Below, piece after piece: positions 1 to 19,260 of a stretch of 64,000 nt of DNA (its first letter is position 1; the number at the start of each line of letters is the position of its first letter). The notes below the pieces were generated by a model. The model was not told where the DNA came from and made no database searches. It saw only the letters and a list, made by a program, of their open reading frames with translations. The stretch is from the human T2T-CHM13v2.0 reference genome, Homo sapiens, in NCBI RefSeq assembly GCF_009914755.1, contig NC_060946.1; one strand, 5' to 3'. The translations under genes and the position numbers were made by a program.

Positions 1-1325
1 GGGGACAGCATCCACATAGGAACTGGGAACCTGCCTTCCCCTGCAGGTTCACTTACCCAACATCACCTGGTCCTTCCAGAGGGTCTGGAGGGGCCAGTGT
101 CTGCCCCTGCCCCCAGCAGTCACATGAAAGCCTCTCAGGCTATTTTCCCACAGATTTGCTGAGCCAAACTTTTCCCTCAGCTCTGTACCCCTCCTGGGCC
201 ACATTCCCATGTGTAGTCCCTGGCCACAGTCACACCTGCTTGCTTCTCAAAGATGTGTACCCAAAGCCCCGCATTTCCCACTGGGCCCAGCCTCACAGCA
301 CCTCAGCTCACTCCTCCAGGGTCTCCCTGGTCACCTGTCCTGCCATGGGGGTTGCTAGATGCTTCCTGGACACTGCCCTGGCCCAAGCCCTCATGTCCCT
401 CTTCTCCAGTGGCTCCTGCGGAACAGGGACGCCATCACATGCAGTGGTTGCCATCCCAACCCACCGGCACTTGGGGCCCACATGTTTTTTTCATCTTGCG
501 CTCAAATTCCCATTCAATCACGTGTGCTCCTTCGCAGGGTGAACGGGACAGACCCCTGGCTGTGGGCACAGCTCGTCTCCCCGGGCTCTCACAGACTCAC
601 TAACTCTGTCGTCCCCGAAATCCCCCATGGGCCTGAACTCTGCTTCACTGACCTCAAATCCATCCATACGCTTGTCATTTGTGCCTAGGCAGACCACAAC
701 CTCTATGAGGTCACTACCTATTCTCATCCACCTCCACAGGTGTCTACGAGTGGCCAGGGCTCCCTAGGTGAAGGACTGACAGCCTCTGTGAGCTATAGGG
801 CCAAGCCCCAGGTCCTCCCCAACCCCCTTGCCTCACACACAGTCTGGGTCATGGAACCTCCAAGCTGGATGACAGTTCTGAACAGGGCAGCACCCACATT
901 ACCGTAAGTCCCAGGCCTCTGTGTCTTCAGCTCCTTCCTTAGCACTGGGCCCTGCAGAGTGGGGGTGAACCGGGCCACTGCAGAGGCCTCACGACTCCAG
1001 CTCTTCAAACCAGGGCCGAGCACAGAGCCTCCAACACCAGAGAACTTGTGACACCTCCACCACTGGTGGGGAGTCTGGCCAGCCCAGGCCACATGCCTCA
1101 TTCTGACACACAGCCACACCCCACTCCCACAAGCCAGGCTAGTCTGCAAAGCCAGGGGCCAGGCCAGGCTGGAGGCTGATCTCTGCCTCCCTCAACACAG
1201 GGGCTTCACTCTGCCTGAAACTAGCCTCTGAGTCACCTGCAGCTGGGCCCAGCCAGCCCCTTGCTTTGCCAGGCGCAGACACGCACTCCGGGCAGGGGAA
1301 GGGAATGAACGAGCACAGCCAGTAC

Positions 1326-1412
1326 TTGGTAGGTGTGGAGGGCCTGGAGGTTGGGCTGCCGGGGGCTGTGGTGGGCACTGGAGACACAGAGTCGGTAGTG
1401 CAGCACCTCCAG
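1326..1412 (-). pseudogene. SMPD4P1: SMPD4-like exon (LEVLHYRLCVSSAHHSPRQPNLQALHTYQ)
   Basis: 87 bp within ORF 1233..1709; ctctctcag acceptor, gtact donor. Confidence 0.88.
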
Positions 1413-4359
1413 CTGAGAGAGTGAACAGAGAGAAGCCGGAAGAGGCAGAAGAGAAAAGCATGAGAGGACAGGGTGGTGAAGGAGAGACATGGTACCGGAC
1501 ATGGGAGGGGGAAGTGGAGAAAGAAAGCAATGAGAACGAGCCCAGAAGTGAGGAGAAAAAAACAACAAAAGCATGGTCAGTGACCATCCAAACAACTGCA
1601 GTCCCAGCAGCTGTGACCAGCGCAGCACCCTCCTCGGCAGCCAGGCCAGAGCTGTGACAGCACTCTCCTCAGCCTTGGAGGCTGGGGGCGGATAGACCCT
1701 CCAGGTCACCTGGGTGGCCTCTCAATGTCGCTGGGGCCTAAAGGCCTCTCCAGCTCATTGGAAGGGCCCAACTCACTGCCCTTCCAGATGGGACCCGCTC
1801 TCCCCAGTGACTCTGAGGCCACACCGTGTGTGCCATGTGCACACCACAGCCCTTCAAGTACCCAGGGCCTTCTCTCTGGGACATGCTGTCAGCCACCAAG
1901 GCCTCAAGATCCTGAGGCCCAGAAAATAAACTGGCAAAGCATGTTCTAGGAGGAGGACTCTGCCTAGAGAAGACACATATGTAATTGACTGGATTTCCCT
2001 GGGTTGTTTTGAGAAATTTATCAAATTTGTATATGACATGATCAATTCCTATGTCTAAAACCCAATCAATGTCCCCTCCATGAGTGGATCTCTCTGAGAG
2101 CTGAGGATGAGGACAGGTCCCCAAGGGTAGCACAGGCTCAGGCCCCCAGGCCCTGCCCTCCGCACTCCCCCAGCCTGGAGGTCAGCCGAGGTGGTGTGTG
2201 CATCAGCTCTGACTCCAGGAGGCAACCTCTCCTACCGCATCAGGAACTCCCACCCTCCAGATATGGAGGGCTCCCAAGGGCAGGAGCCCCCGAGGACCTG
2301 GCCACAGCCACACACACCCAGAGGCAACAGGAAACTGAGGCTAAGCTGGCCCCCAGCCAGGACCCTCCAATCTACCACCCTGCAGCGCTGCAGCCTCCGA
2401 AGCACCCCTTCGGCCCAGCATAGCCAGAGCTGGCCTGGTGCATATCCTGCCCCGTGAGCGCCATGCCTCCTGCCCAAGTAGCACGACCACTGGGCTCCAC
2501 ACAGGAGACATCAGAACACACCTGCTAGATGTCACAACACGCAGAGCAGGGCGGGAAGGAGCAGGGCAGAGAGATGTTGCCCTTCACAGCCTTCCTCTGT
2601 GCCAGACCTAGGGCTCAGGCAGGAAACAGACACACAGTTCTCCAGTGCGTCTCTGCCCTTGCCTAAGGAACACGGTGGCTTGTGGGGCCATTGGCCATCT
2701 TTATGGCCCACGGGGCCACCAGGGAGCAAGCATGCACCTCGGATTCAACCAGGGTGTGGAGGGCAACCCTGGGAGCCTCACTTCCTGCATCTGAAAATAA
2801 GAGCTAGCAGAGACAGGCAGGGATTTCTGTATGGCAGGAGCAGCATAGGCCTGGGCAAGCGGCAAAGGGCCAGGGGCCTTGGGGGCCCCGACCTCCACAG
2901 CTGCCTTTCTCTGACCCCCACCCACCCAGTTTTCTCACGTTTTGTTTTTTGCCTCAACTGGAAGAGGCAAAAAGTGGAGCATCTCTGGGCACTTCGTCCC
3001 ACCACTGCAAGTCATTCTGAGCAGGACTCACGCAACCCAAGGTCTGGCCAAGAGGAAGCGAACATTGAGAAGAGGGGAAAGGCACCTCCTGCCCTCTGCA
3101 GGGACGACGCCTTGCCAGTTCCCCTGACCCATGAGGACACAGAATCCTCACAGGTGACAGCCCAGAAGAGCCTTTCTGGCTTGCCCTTGAAAGTAGGTGT
3201 GTTTCCACTCACTCAGTAGGCAGAACCAGCAGATAGGAAGGTGACACAGTGCAGCGGCCCCTGCCCCTGCCAGGTCAAGCCACATGCAAGAGCGCTGAGC
3301 AAGTGTTCTAGGGCGCCAGGGAGAAGCGGGGCCCTAGGAACCAACCAGCCCCCCAGGCACCAGCCAGGCATATGCAGTAAGTCTGCTCTGGAAGCGGGAA
3401 GGGCACTGCAGGCTCTTTGTGACTCAGGAGGCCCAAGATGGGGTCCCCAACTTTTCCTTGTGCTCCTTCCAGGTGATGCTGAGGGTGAGGATTTGGGGGA
3501 ACCTATGCTCTGAGAGAGCCTTCACATGGCAAAGCATGGGGCCACAGAACTGGCTGCAGAGGCTGTGGCAGAAACAGACCCACAGCTCTTCTCCAGAACC
3601 GGAGGAAAAGTGACAGGAGGCTCTTCTGAAGTTTAACTCCATCACCCACAGATCCTTCATTCTGGATGAAGCCTTCTGGAACTTTGTCAGCAATAAAGGC
3701 AAAGTCTCCCATGCATAGACGCCACGGGCACCGGACTACAGGATGTGTGCCCAGGGCATGCTGCCTAGAGAGAGAGTGGGGAGAGGCGAGGCGGAGGGGG
3801 AGGAAGCAGGCCAGGCTGCTTGTAGGAGGGCGCCAGGCCCCACACACCATGAGTATGGCGGCTTGCTCATGCTCTGGAGGAGGTGGGGGAGTGGGGGGCA
3901 GACAAAGGAGGCTAACTATGGTGCCACTATGGTGGGCATGGGTCTGCCCTGGGCCATCACTTCATGGGAAAGCACAAAGGCACTGCTGATGGTGGAGGAG
4001 ACAGACGAGAACGCGGCTCCCAGAGGCATTGCAGCTCCCCCACCCCCACAGCAAAAGTGCCACAACCTCATCTGTTCCTGTTGCCAGGGAGGGGGCTCCG
4101 GAAGCTGCACAGGAAAGGCCCTGGAGAGGCCAGACCTCCAGGCCTCAGTGTCCACATATCAGGGTGCAATGCCACCTGCTCCTCATCGGGAACTAGAGAA
4201 CTATGCCCACTTCTTATTCAGCTTCTGAATGAAGGGTGGGTGGTGGATTTCTGCTTCCCACCATCCGGTCTGTGAAAACTCACTCAAATGCAGGATAAGA
4301 AGCAGCAGGCTGAGCATGGTCAGAAGCAGGAGGTGGGAAGAAAAACTATGGAAACCTAC

Positions 4360-4432
4360 CTTGGCATGAGGGGAACTGCATTTTTTGGTACATCTCCAGA
4401 GAATAGTGTTGAAGCCACATTTCGACAAAAAC
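4360..4432 (-). pseudogene. SMPD4P1: SMPD4-like exon ([19 protein letters not shown] / SPHAK), 1-nt insertion
   Basis: 73 bp; ttttgcag acceptor, gtaggt donor; extra T in CAGTTCCCCT. Confidence 0.88.
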
Positions 4433-4772
4433 CTGCAAAAGAGCATTACGTAGTCAAATCATTCTCGATAACTGCCAAGACCATTCAGTGGGGAAAGGAC
4501 AGTGTCTCCCATAAGCAGAGCTGGGAACACAGAACACCCTCATGCAGAACAGTGAAGCTGGGCCCTGCCCTCACACCATCGACAAAAACTAACTCAAAGT
4601 GGGTAAGCGGCCTGAGGATAAGAACTAAGACCATAAACTTACAGAAGAAAACATGGGAGAAAGCTTCATAACACTGGATTTGGCAATGATTTATTAGATA
4701 TGATGCCCAAATCACAAGCAACAAGCAAAAAAATACAGCATCAAAAGATACTACTGATAGAGTGAAAAGAAC

Positions 4773-5085
4773 CAGCGGGCATGATGGCTCAGGCCTGTCA
4801 TCCCAGTGCTTTGGGAGGCCGAGGCAGGTGGATGGCTTGAGGCCGGGAGTTCAAGACCAGCCTGGGCAACATAGCAAAAAGTTGTCTCCACAAAAAGCAC
4901 AAAAATTTGCTGGGTGTGGTGGGGCACAGCCATAGTCCCAGCTACTGGGAGTCTGAGGTGGGAGGATCGCCTGAGCCCAGGAATTTGAGCTGTAGTGAGC
5001 CAAGATCATGCCACTGCACTCCAGCCTGGGAAACAGAGCGAGACCCTGTCTCAAAATAAATAAATAAATAAATAATAAAATAAAA
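4773..5085 (+). mobile_element. Alu with (TAAA)n tail
   Basis: Dimeric Alu consensus motifs and A-rich tail. Confidence 0.9.
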
Positions 5086-5401
5086 ATAGAAGCAACTCCA
5101 GTGTTCACTGAGAGATGAATAGATAAACACAACATGGTACATCCGCACAAGGGAACACTATGCAGCCTTAAAAAGGAAGCAAATTCTGACACATGCTGTA
5201 ACATGGATTAATCTCGAATCCATTATGCTAAGTGAAGCATGCCAGTCACACACAAAGAAGTACTGTGTGCTACAGAAAAATGCTTTAGATATGAGATCTA
5301 GGAGTCAAACATATAGAAACAGAAAGCAGAATAGTGGTTGCTAGGGGCTGCGTGGGGAATTAATTGTTCAGTTTCTTTTTTTTTATTAAAAGAGATGGGG
5401 A

Positions 5402-5763
<362 letters not shown>

Positions 5764-7005
5764 TCAAGCAATCTTTCCCACCTTGGTCTCCCAAAGTGCT
5801 AGGATTACAGGAGTGAGCTCTCATGCCTGGTCGGTTCAGTTTCAGTTTTGCAAGATTCTGGAGATTGGAAAGGAAGCAAATTCTGACACATGCTGTAACA
5901 CGGATTAATCTTGAATCCATTATGCTAACTGAAGCATGCCAGTCACACACAAAGAAGTACTGTGTGCTACAGATAACAACAACGTGAATGTATTTAATAC
6001 TACTGGCTGTACACTTGGAAATGGTTAAGACAGTAAATTTTATGTTATGTATATTTTACAATTACAGTTTTTTTCTTAATTAAAAAAACGAAAAGCATTA
6101 ATGCTTTGGTCCAGGAAACAGCAGAACCTTCCAGTTCTGTCCTGTTGTAAGCTTGTGTCATGGTCTCCTGCCCTCTTCACAGCCAGCACATCCCATGGTC
6201 CACACAGCCAAGAGCCATCTGGGTATCATGGTCCCCTCTGGGGACCATGCCCCTCCCAGGGACAATGGTCCCTATCATTCTAGCACCCGAGGTTGTTGTG
6301 AAATGGTGTGGAGGCTTCAAAAAGCACGGCACCCCACATATTAGGAGTTATGTACAAGGTCGGAGACAGAATCCTATCTTATCTACTTCCCAGGTGTCAA
6401 CGGCGAGGCTGTGGCTACCAAGTCAGTCCTAGGATCCAGTGTCAGGAGCAGCACCTGCCAAATCTCTCCAAGTTATGCTCAGAAGACACAGCCAGGACCT
6501 GGTGGATAGCACTCAGGGAGTGAGCCAGTCCACACCATCGTGAGAGGCTGGAGCCCCCCAGGACAGACAAGGGACTCTGTCACCTACTATTTGGATCCCC
6601 TGAATCAACAGAAGGCCTGTGGAGGCTGCACAAACCCCTCACCATTCCGTGTCACAAAAGTGCTACTGGGGCAACGCTTAATATCCACATGATGGTAATC
6701 ATAGGAAGCATCTCCAGCAACACGAGAGACGGACACCAAGAGACCGCAACAATTATATCACAATGGGCAAATGAAACGACTCCGATGGACAGGGGATCCT
6801 GGGATGAAAAACACCATGAATGACAAGTAAGTTAGGTGGGTGGGCAGACTTATATTCATGTTTTCTAAATGTCATACCAGGAAAATGCCAACAATTTAGA
6901 ATCAGCCCTGGGCTAAGCGGCCGCCTCTGGGACTCTGACCCATATAGTGGAAGATGGCTGACCAGTTTCTTTTGAAACAGACGTTGAGACCAGCTCAGCT
7001 CTCAC

Positions 7006-7138
7006 CCGGAGCAGAGTTTCTGACCTCCAGATCTCCTGGGAGGCGGGGTCTGCATTCACAGACATCTGATGAGAGAAGTGTCGCTTCAGGGGGCTAGTGT
7101 GCTGGAGGCTACAGGAAGCAAAGGGCATGGCTGGTGTC
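7006..7138 (-). pseudogene. SMPD4P1: SMPD4-like exon ([44 protein letters not shown])
   Basis: Overlaps ORF 6913..7128; ccctcag acceptor, gtgaga donor. Confidence 0.9.
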
Positions 7139-7433
7139 CTGAGGGAGACACGGAAACAGGCCCAAGGTAGGAGCTCCTGCTGGCCAGGCCAGGGGCGATC
7201 TGGACATCAAAATCAATGACAGCAGGGACGTATTACAACTTGTTCAATTGCACAATGCACAAACCTCACCCCTGCCCCAAATCCACACTGATACACCTGA
7301 ATAAACAAATAGCAAAGAGAAAAGTCTTCCTTCCCGCAGAGCGACCACTGACCCAATACAGGAAGAATGAAGTTAGGGAACCACCACTTGGCAACTGCCC
7401 TATTAATAGCTTATTTGGTCAAGAATCAAGTGA

Positions 7434-9105
<1,672 letters not shown>

Positions 9106-9859
9106 TCATTACTATTTAATCTGGGCACGAAGTACTTATTTTACAGTGGACAAACCTGGCCGACACCCTTTCCACCCAGTGATAAAGCTAGCATCACCAG
9201 TGATGGGGCAAAGGGGCACTGCAGGCCTCCTGATGAGACACCTGGCAAGGACCAGGTGTCCCCGCTGCAGTGCTCCTGCCAACAAAGCCCAAGCTATGCC
9301 TAATCACCAGCAAATACAAGACAGCCCAAGGGGTGGCCACATGCTTTGGAGGGGTCAAGGTCAGGAAAGACAGACAGGCTGCAGAACCATTCCGGACTGA
9401 AGGGGACTAGAAACATCACTGCATGCAGTGGGTGAGCCTGTGCTGAAACCCAGCCAGGTAACGGGCATGAGTGGGGTAGCTGGTGGTGAACCCCGAGGTC
9501 TGATGACTAGGTGTAGCCTGGTGGCAATACTAACTTCCTGGTGTGGTGGCATGTGCTGGCTTGCACATGCCAGCAGATCTGGGGTGGGCCAGCATCTGCA
9601 GAAACGGGCCTGTATGCAGCCTCCTGGGGAAGGCAATGGGGCAGCAAGATTAAGGAGGGTCAGAGGAGCACACGCACTGTGACTATATAAGATAATGCAT
9701 TCACTTTTAGGAAATACACTGACATATTAAGAGGCCAAGGGGTGTCCTACCTGTAGTTTATTCTTATTGGCTTAGGGGAGAAAAAACATATCATAGAAAG
9801 GGGATAAAGCAGATGCAGCAAAGTGTTAATTTGGAAATCTGGATGAAGGGTCTATGAAC

Positions 9860-11000
<1,141 letters not shown>

Positions 11001-11957
11001 TCTAAAAGAAAAAATTAAATTACAAAAAAACTCAAAAGCTGGGCATAAAAACCACTTGGCAACTGAATTGTACATCTGAGAGGGTGTGAATCCACCTCAC
11101 CTCCAAGTCCTCCACAGCATCAGCAACATTTCAGGGTCACTGACCACTGCCGCCACCCAGGCAGCCTCTCCTCCTTGCTGCTCCCTTTCTCCCCTCCACC
11201 CTCTGGGGCATCTGTCCACACATGTGAATTGTAGGTAGAGGCCTGTCCTGGCTTGCACATGCCAGCAGATCTGGGGTGGGCCAGCATCTGCAGGAAGGGG
11301 CCTGCACGCAGCCTCCCAGGGAAGGCGATGGGGCAGCAAGATTAAGGAGGGTCAGAGGAGCACAGGCAGCTGCTGCCTGTGCAGAGGGTCTCCTGGGAGG
11401 TCCCCAGAGGGTCTCCTGGGAAGTCAGCCAAGAGGCCCTGGGTTAGGGCCCACTGAGACCCCAGCACAGCTAGGCACAAGAGCCCCTGGTTCACACTTCC
11501 CACCTGTGCAGTCACCAACAGGCTCAGCTTGTTTGGACTGACACACAGGCTCTTTGGCCCAGGGCCTCCCCTTCAAGACCTGGTCCTGGGGCCCAGAGAG
11601 ATTTCCATTTTTTTTTCCCCCATAGAACAAGCCTTCTGCCATGCTCACCACCTCAGACACTGCATGTGGGGAGGGCTGCTTCATGCAGAACACAGCCCAT
11701 TCCCATGCAGGCCGTGGAGGCCTCCAGAGACCTGATAGCTTCAGTGATGGCCACAGACATCGAAAACTAAAGGACAGATCACCCTCCTCACCCCCACCCT
11801 CCAGTCTGTGCTAAGAAAGCTGGAGGTGGGGAATGAGGCATAAGACAAATTTGGGAACCCTGGACAAAGGGTGGCACCATTGTCCTGGTGGGTGATTCAA
11901 CTGACCAGGCCACTCCCTTATGGAAGGGCCAGGTCTTCACAATCAGGGTAGCCTTAC

Positions 11958-12112
11958 CTGGGAGCAGGTGAGGGACTGGCCCATCCTGGGCTGGAGGACA
12001 GTGAGGGTGGTGGCAGGCTGCCTTTGGTGGGCAGGAACCATGACAGGTACCTGTCCACCAGGAGGAAATAGGTACAGTCTGAAATATGGACATGGAGAGA
12101 CACAGGGAGTGG
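11958..12112 (-). pseudogene. SMPD4P1: SMPD4-like exon ([52 protein letters not shown])
   Basis: Lies within ORF 11954..12139; ttttccag acceptor, gtaagg donor. Confidence 0.9.
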
Positions 12113-12236
12113 CTGGAAAACCAAGCTAGTTCTTAGCATGGGGTCTGGGCACTGCCTGGCCCCAGAGCACTGGCAAGTGCAGGGAAGCCCCGGGCCATGC
12201 CCCCACCCCTCCCAGCAAGAGGCATCCCTTCCCTAC

Positions 12237-12289
12237 CTTTAGTGTGTTGAGGCTCAAGGCAAAGAAGCATATGTAATACTCGAACGGAT
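12237..12289 (-). pseudogene. SMPD4P1: SMPD4-like exon (PFEYYICFFALSLNTLK)
   Basis: 53 bp; donor gtaggg. Confidence 0.88.
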
Positions 12290-12393
12290 CTGATGGCAGC
12301 GTCAAGGGCAAATACACAGGGTTGCTGGGAAACCCCCAGTGTTGAGAGCTGAGCCACCCACAACCTTCCTACCTCAAGGCCACCAAAGGATAC
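12290..12393 (-). other. U12-type (minor spliceosome) GT-AG intron, 104 bp
   Basis: 5' splice site GTATCCTTT; branch-site-like TGCCCTTGAC (12310-12301) about 11-20 nt before the terminal AG; no polypyrimidine tract. Confidence 0.85.
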
Positions 12394-12496
12394 TCAAGGC
12401 CAGGTTCAGGCCAAGGCCCTTAGTTGGGCGGAACTGGATCTTGTGTTACAGAGGACTGTCAAGGACGCACTCCTGGATGGATGCCTTCACGAGACC
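12394..12496 (-). pseudogene. SMPD4P1: SMPD4-like exon ([33 protein letters not shown]) with in-frame TAA
   Basis: Acceptor ctctctgcag; donor GTATCCTTT; TAA at 12448-12446. Confidence 0.88.
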
Positions 12497-12708
12497 CTGC
12501 AGAGAGAGGCAGCAAGGCTTGTGGGCAGGCACTGGCGTGTAGTGCCCGGTACGCAGTGCCCCACATGCACAGCAGCCCTTTGGGAAAGCTGCTGGGGAAG
12601 AGACCCGCACACAGAACTCACCTGTGGGGACAGTGCCCTGCTCCTGAGCAGTGCCTCAACAAGAGTCTTTGCTCAGAACTTCCACCATCTCATAAAAAGC
12701 TGCAGACA

Positions 12709-13080
<372 letters not shown>

Positions 13081-13179
13081 TTAATTTGCCCTCAGAGGAC
13101 CGGAGGAGACTGCCCGTCACCACTGGGCTGTGCAAGGTCCACTGCCCGAGCACCACTCTCACCACTGTGGTTTACTTAT

Positions 13180-13254
13180 GGGCAGGTAGGAGATGGGAAA
13201 GTCAAACTTAAGTCTTCAGCTTGAAGCTTATAAACCAACTTCATCATTGGGCCG
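13180..13254 (-). pseudogene. SMPD4P1: SMPD4-like exon (GPMMKLVYKLQAED / KFDFPISYLP), 1-nt deletion, donor GT>AT
   Basis: Acceptor ttcag; the exon is followed by ATAAGT instead of GTAAGT. Confidence 0.88.
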
Positions 13255-13331
13255 CTGAACATGAAATTGAACAAACAAAAACAGGGTATATGAACTGCAA
13301 ATTATCTTGCTTTGATTGTATCTTAACCTTA

Positions 13332-13670
<339 letters not shown>

Positions 13671-13904
13671 TCAGCCCTGCGCTCAAAGGAACCCTGGTGC
13701 GGTGATGCCAATGAGAAGAGCAGCTTTGGGTTCTTTCACTGGGGTACGTGGCTTACCAAGCAGTGCTGCTTTAGACGTGGGCCAGTTAAGTAAGTCAGCC
13801 TCTGATCAAAATACATTTTTTGTGTGTGATAAAAGCCTAAATTAAGGGAAAAAAAAAACAAAAAAATGAAAAAATGAAAAATAAAATAAAATAAACAAAA
13901 TACC

Positions 13905-14190
13905 TATTCTTTTGAGACAGGGTCTCATTCTGTTGCCCTGTCTGGAGTACACTGGCGCAATGCACAGCTCACTGCAGCCTTGGCCTCCTGGCCTCAAGCA
14001 ATCCTCCTGCCTTAGCCTCCTGAGTAGCTGGGACTGTGGGCACACACCACCACGCTCAGCTAATTTTTAGATTTCTTGTAGAGATAGGGTCCCAGTATGT
14101 TGCCCAGACTGGTCTCAAACTCCTGGCCTTAAGTGATCCTCCCACCTCAGCCTCCCAAAGTGTTGAGATTACAGGCATGAGCCACCACAC
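13905..14190 (-). mobile_element. Alu (J-type)
   Basis: Reverse-complement Alu motifs. Confidence 0.88.
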
Positions 14191-14393
14191 CAAAAGATTT
14201 TTTTTTTAATGTCAGAAACTTCTGATGGATGCGAAGGATGCTCTATTAGAAAGGAAAGCAACACCCTTCCCAGAGTGAAGCCCTTAAAATCTAACTGACC
14301 TGTTGTCATTTGGTATTAACTCCTTGTCTAGGCCAGCTTCCTGGGCTTGACAATTCCAGGTGTGATTTAAATACATATTTTTAGCATTTACAT

Positions 14394-14616
14394 CAGGGTT
14401 CCTCAACGTTGATGCTATTGACATTTTGGGCTGGATTCTTCTTTGTTGCAGGGAGCTGTCCTGTGCTTTGCAGGATGTTTCCAGCATCCCTGGCCCCTAC
14501 TTACTAGATGCCAGTAGCACACACTCCCCATCACCCCCAGTTGTGATAATCAAAAATGTCTCTGATATTGCCAAGTGTCCCCTGAGGGACAGAGCACCTG
14601 TGGTTAAGAACTCCTG
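14394..14616. mobile_element. MER20-like hAT DNA transposon relic
   Basis: CTATTGACATTTTGGGCTGGAT...CCCTACTTACTAGATGCCAGTAGCAC...CAAAAATGTCTC matches the recalled MER20 consensus. Confidence 0.75.
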
Positions 14617-14793
14617 ATCTGCAAGTTCACATATTTAAATGTGTCCATAAACATGACGGTCATGATAATGGGCCAGGACTCTGTGCCAGGCAGTGCTTGG
14701 AGTGGGGGTGGTGGGGGGAATTAGGAATTATAATAAAGTTTTTAAAGGAATGTGTAAGACATGCTCCAAAGAGAGATGTCAGCAGAGCTATAC

Positions 14794-14880
14794 CTCTGCT
14801 GGAAAATCCTCAATGACTTTAACCAAGTCTTGGCATCACTGTGCAAAGGGCTTATTTACAGAGTCAGCTTTCAGGGTAGC
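14794..14880 (-). pseudogene. SMPD4P1: SMPD4-like exon ([28 protein letters not shown]) with in-frame TGA
   Basis: 87 bp, ag/gt flanks; TGA at 14838-14836. Confidence 0.9.
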
Positions 14881-15429
14881 CTAGAAGGTAGAACAAAGTG
14901 AAAAAATCATGAGGACATTCACTGCAGCTTTTAGTGATACTCTGGCTTGAGTCAAACAGAAATCCAAGTGATAGGTTATGAGTCAGACACATAACCACTG
15001 GCGTGATTCCCCAGCCCCTCATGTGTGTCAGTGGCCCAAAGGATGCTACTAGGAGAGGCTGTGGTTCTATGCACTCTGGACCAGGAACTCTCAGGCTTGC
15101 TTCCCAGTACCAACTCAGCGTGCTGCTCATCATCAGAACAGGACTGACTTCCACCAATCCATAAGTAGGGGTTGGCCCCAGGGTCAGCCCCAGAGCCAGA
15201 AGAGGATCTCGATTGTGTAAGGGCACCTCTCACAGACCACAGAGTACTACTGAGTTCGTACGCATCAAATGGAAATTTCCCACCTGATGGACCATCATGA
15301 TTACACAGTTGTGATCATCAGTAAGAATGCCCAACAAAATCAGGGCTACAGCATCCTCTCTTAACTGAGCTGTCTTTTATTCAGCAGACAGTGAACCTAC
15401 TAAACCAATGACCTTAAAACACAGGGCAG

Positions 15430-15908
<479 letters not shown>

Positions 15909-16790
15909 CTACAAGGATAAAAATAGCGTCTGTGCAAATGGACTCACATCAGGAGAAACTGCTAGAATCTGTCTACCTCCAAATGCCTTGTCTACCTCCA
16001 AATGAGGGTGGATTTCACAGGATTTGAGACAAGAGATGGAGACCTGAGTTGTCTGGCCATGTGGCAGACCTGGTGGCTCTAGTGGGGTGCCCTGGGGAGG
16101 AACGTCCTTCCACATACATATTTACAAAAATACCTCCTAAGAACTAAAATTAGGAACTTTCATCACCAATACTTGCTCATACCTAACTTCTCGCTTCTCA
16201 GTATCATTTTTTCTTTTTTTTTTTTTTGAGTCTTACTGTGTTGCTCAGGCTGGTCTTAAAACTCCTGGGCTCAAGTAATCCTCCTTCCTCGGTGTCCTTA
16301 GTAGTTAGAACTACAGATACGGACCATTACACCCAGTTCTCAGCACCATGTTTAATAGTTAAAGTGCTAACCTAGCACCCCCTCAGAACATAAGAGTGTC
16401 TCCATTTTTCACTAATGACAATTATGATTATCAGAATGTTTCATGTCTGTTTAAGAACTTACAGATCATGAACACTCTGATGTACATCATTCTCATTTGC
16501 TCCTCCCCCTCCTCCTCCTCATACCCCCTTGGGAAGTAGAGAAAATAGAACTTGAATGAATTTGTCTTGTATGGGAAAACCCAGAGCCCAGAGCCCAGCG
16601 GTTGAGTAACCCCAAGGCCCTGTAGTAATAAGGGGGCACAGTCAAGCTTAAGGAGTCTGGCATTGCTTCCATCACACGCTCCTAAAAGACAACCACTAGA
16701 GAATTCTTCAAGTCAATGGGAAGAACATTCAAGTCCCACAGCTACAGAGCTGTGGCCACACTGACACTCATCCAGACAGCTGATATTTAC

Positions 16791-16874
16791 CAGTAGAAAG
16801 CTGGGCCGCTGCAGGTGAGGGAACGCCATAAAAGCCTCCAGTGGAGAGTTGAAAATGGCCTTCTTAGCAAACCA
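16791..16874 (-). pseudogene. SMPD4P1: SMPD4-like exon ([28 protein letters not shown]) containing the MAFPHL ATG at 16829-16827
   Basis: Acceptor tttttccacag and donor gtaaat intact; 84 bp, in frame. Confidence 0.9.
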
Positions 16875-16924
16875 CTGTGGAAAAACAGAGACAAAATCTC
16901 AACATCTGCAGCACAGCAGAATCT

Positions 16925-17696
<772 letters not shown>

Positions 17697-18414
17697 TAAT
17701 GCTTGTACAGCACTTGCTGTATGCCAGGACTTGCTCTATACACCACACACACTGTCAGTCCCCAGGAGGGGAATGTGGTATGTGATGCTTCATAAACACA
17801 TTGAACTCTTTCTGCCAAGGAACAGCCATTAACACCTTGGGGTTACTTGCAACTCACCTGTGGACTGTTGGTCTGAGCTATTGTCCATCACTTGCAACTC
17901 AGTGTACACAGGTTCATCAGAGCTGGTCCCAAAAGCAAGTCCAAGCGCTGGAGAGCATGAGTGGGAAATCTCACTTCCACCTCGGATGGAGAAAAACTTC
18001 AGCAAGATTGTCATTTTATCTTTCCGACCCAGATGGACTCCATCTTGACTCAAAGACAACCAGAACATCACCAAGCATCTCCTACAGGGCAGGCTTGGTA
18101 CTAGGTGGTTTTATTTAGATTATTTCATGGAATGTTCAGGAGAATTGCTCCCTCTTCACTCCTGAATTCTTGATGCAGTTCTTCCACTTTCGCCCTTTCT
18201 TCTCGTCTCTGTCTCATTCAGCTCCCTCATTACAAACCTTCCAACTGGCTGGATGGCGCAGTTGCTCAACCAGCAGAGAGCACTGGGGTAGCCCCAAATA
18301 AATGTTCATGTCATCTCCAAATTACCAGCACTATTCCCAGGTCCCAATTCAAGACAAAACCTTATCAGCCTCATCAGTGAGAGCACGTTTTCACCGAGCT
18401 GAGTAAAAACTTAG

Positions 18415-19260
<846 letters not shown>

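Noticed and set aside
3450-3720. Plus-strand acceptor (ccttccag, 3472) followed by AATAAA (3692): possible antisense terminal exon
   Set aside because: These motifs are common by chance; no upstream exon or homology supports it.
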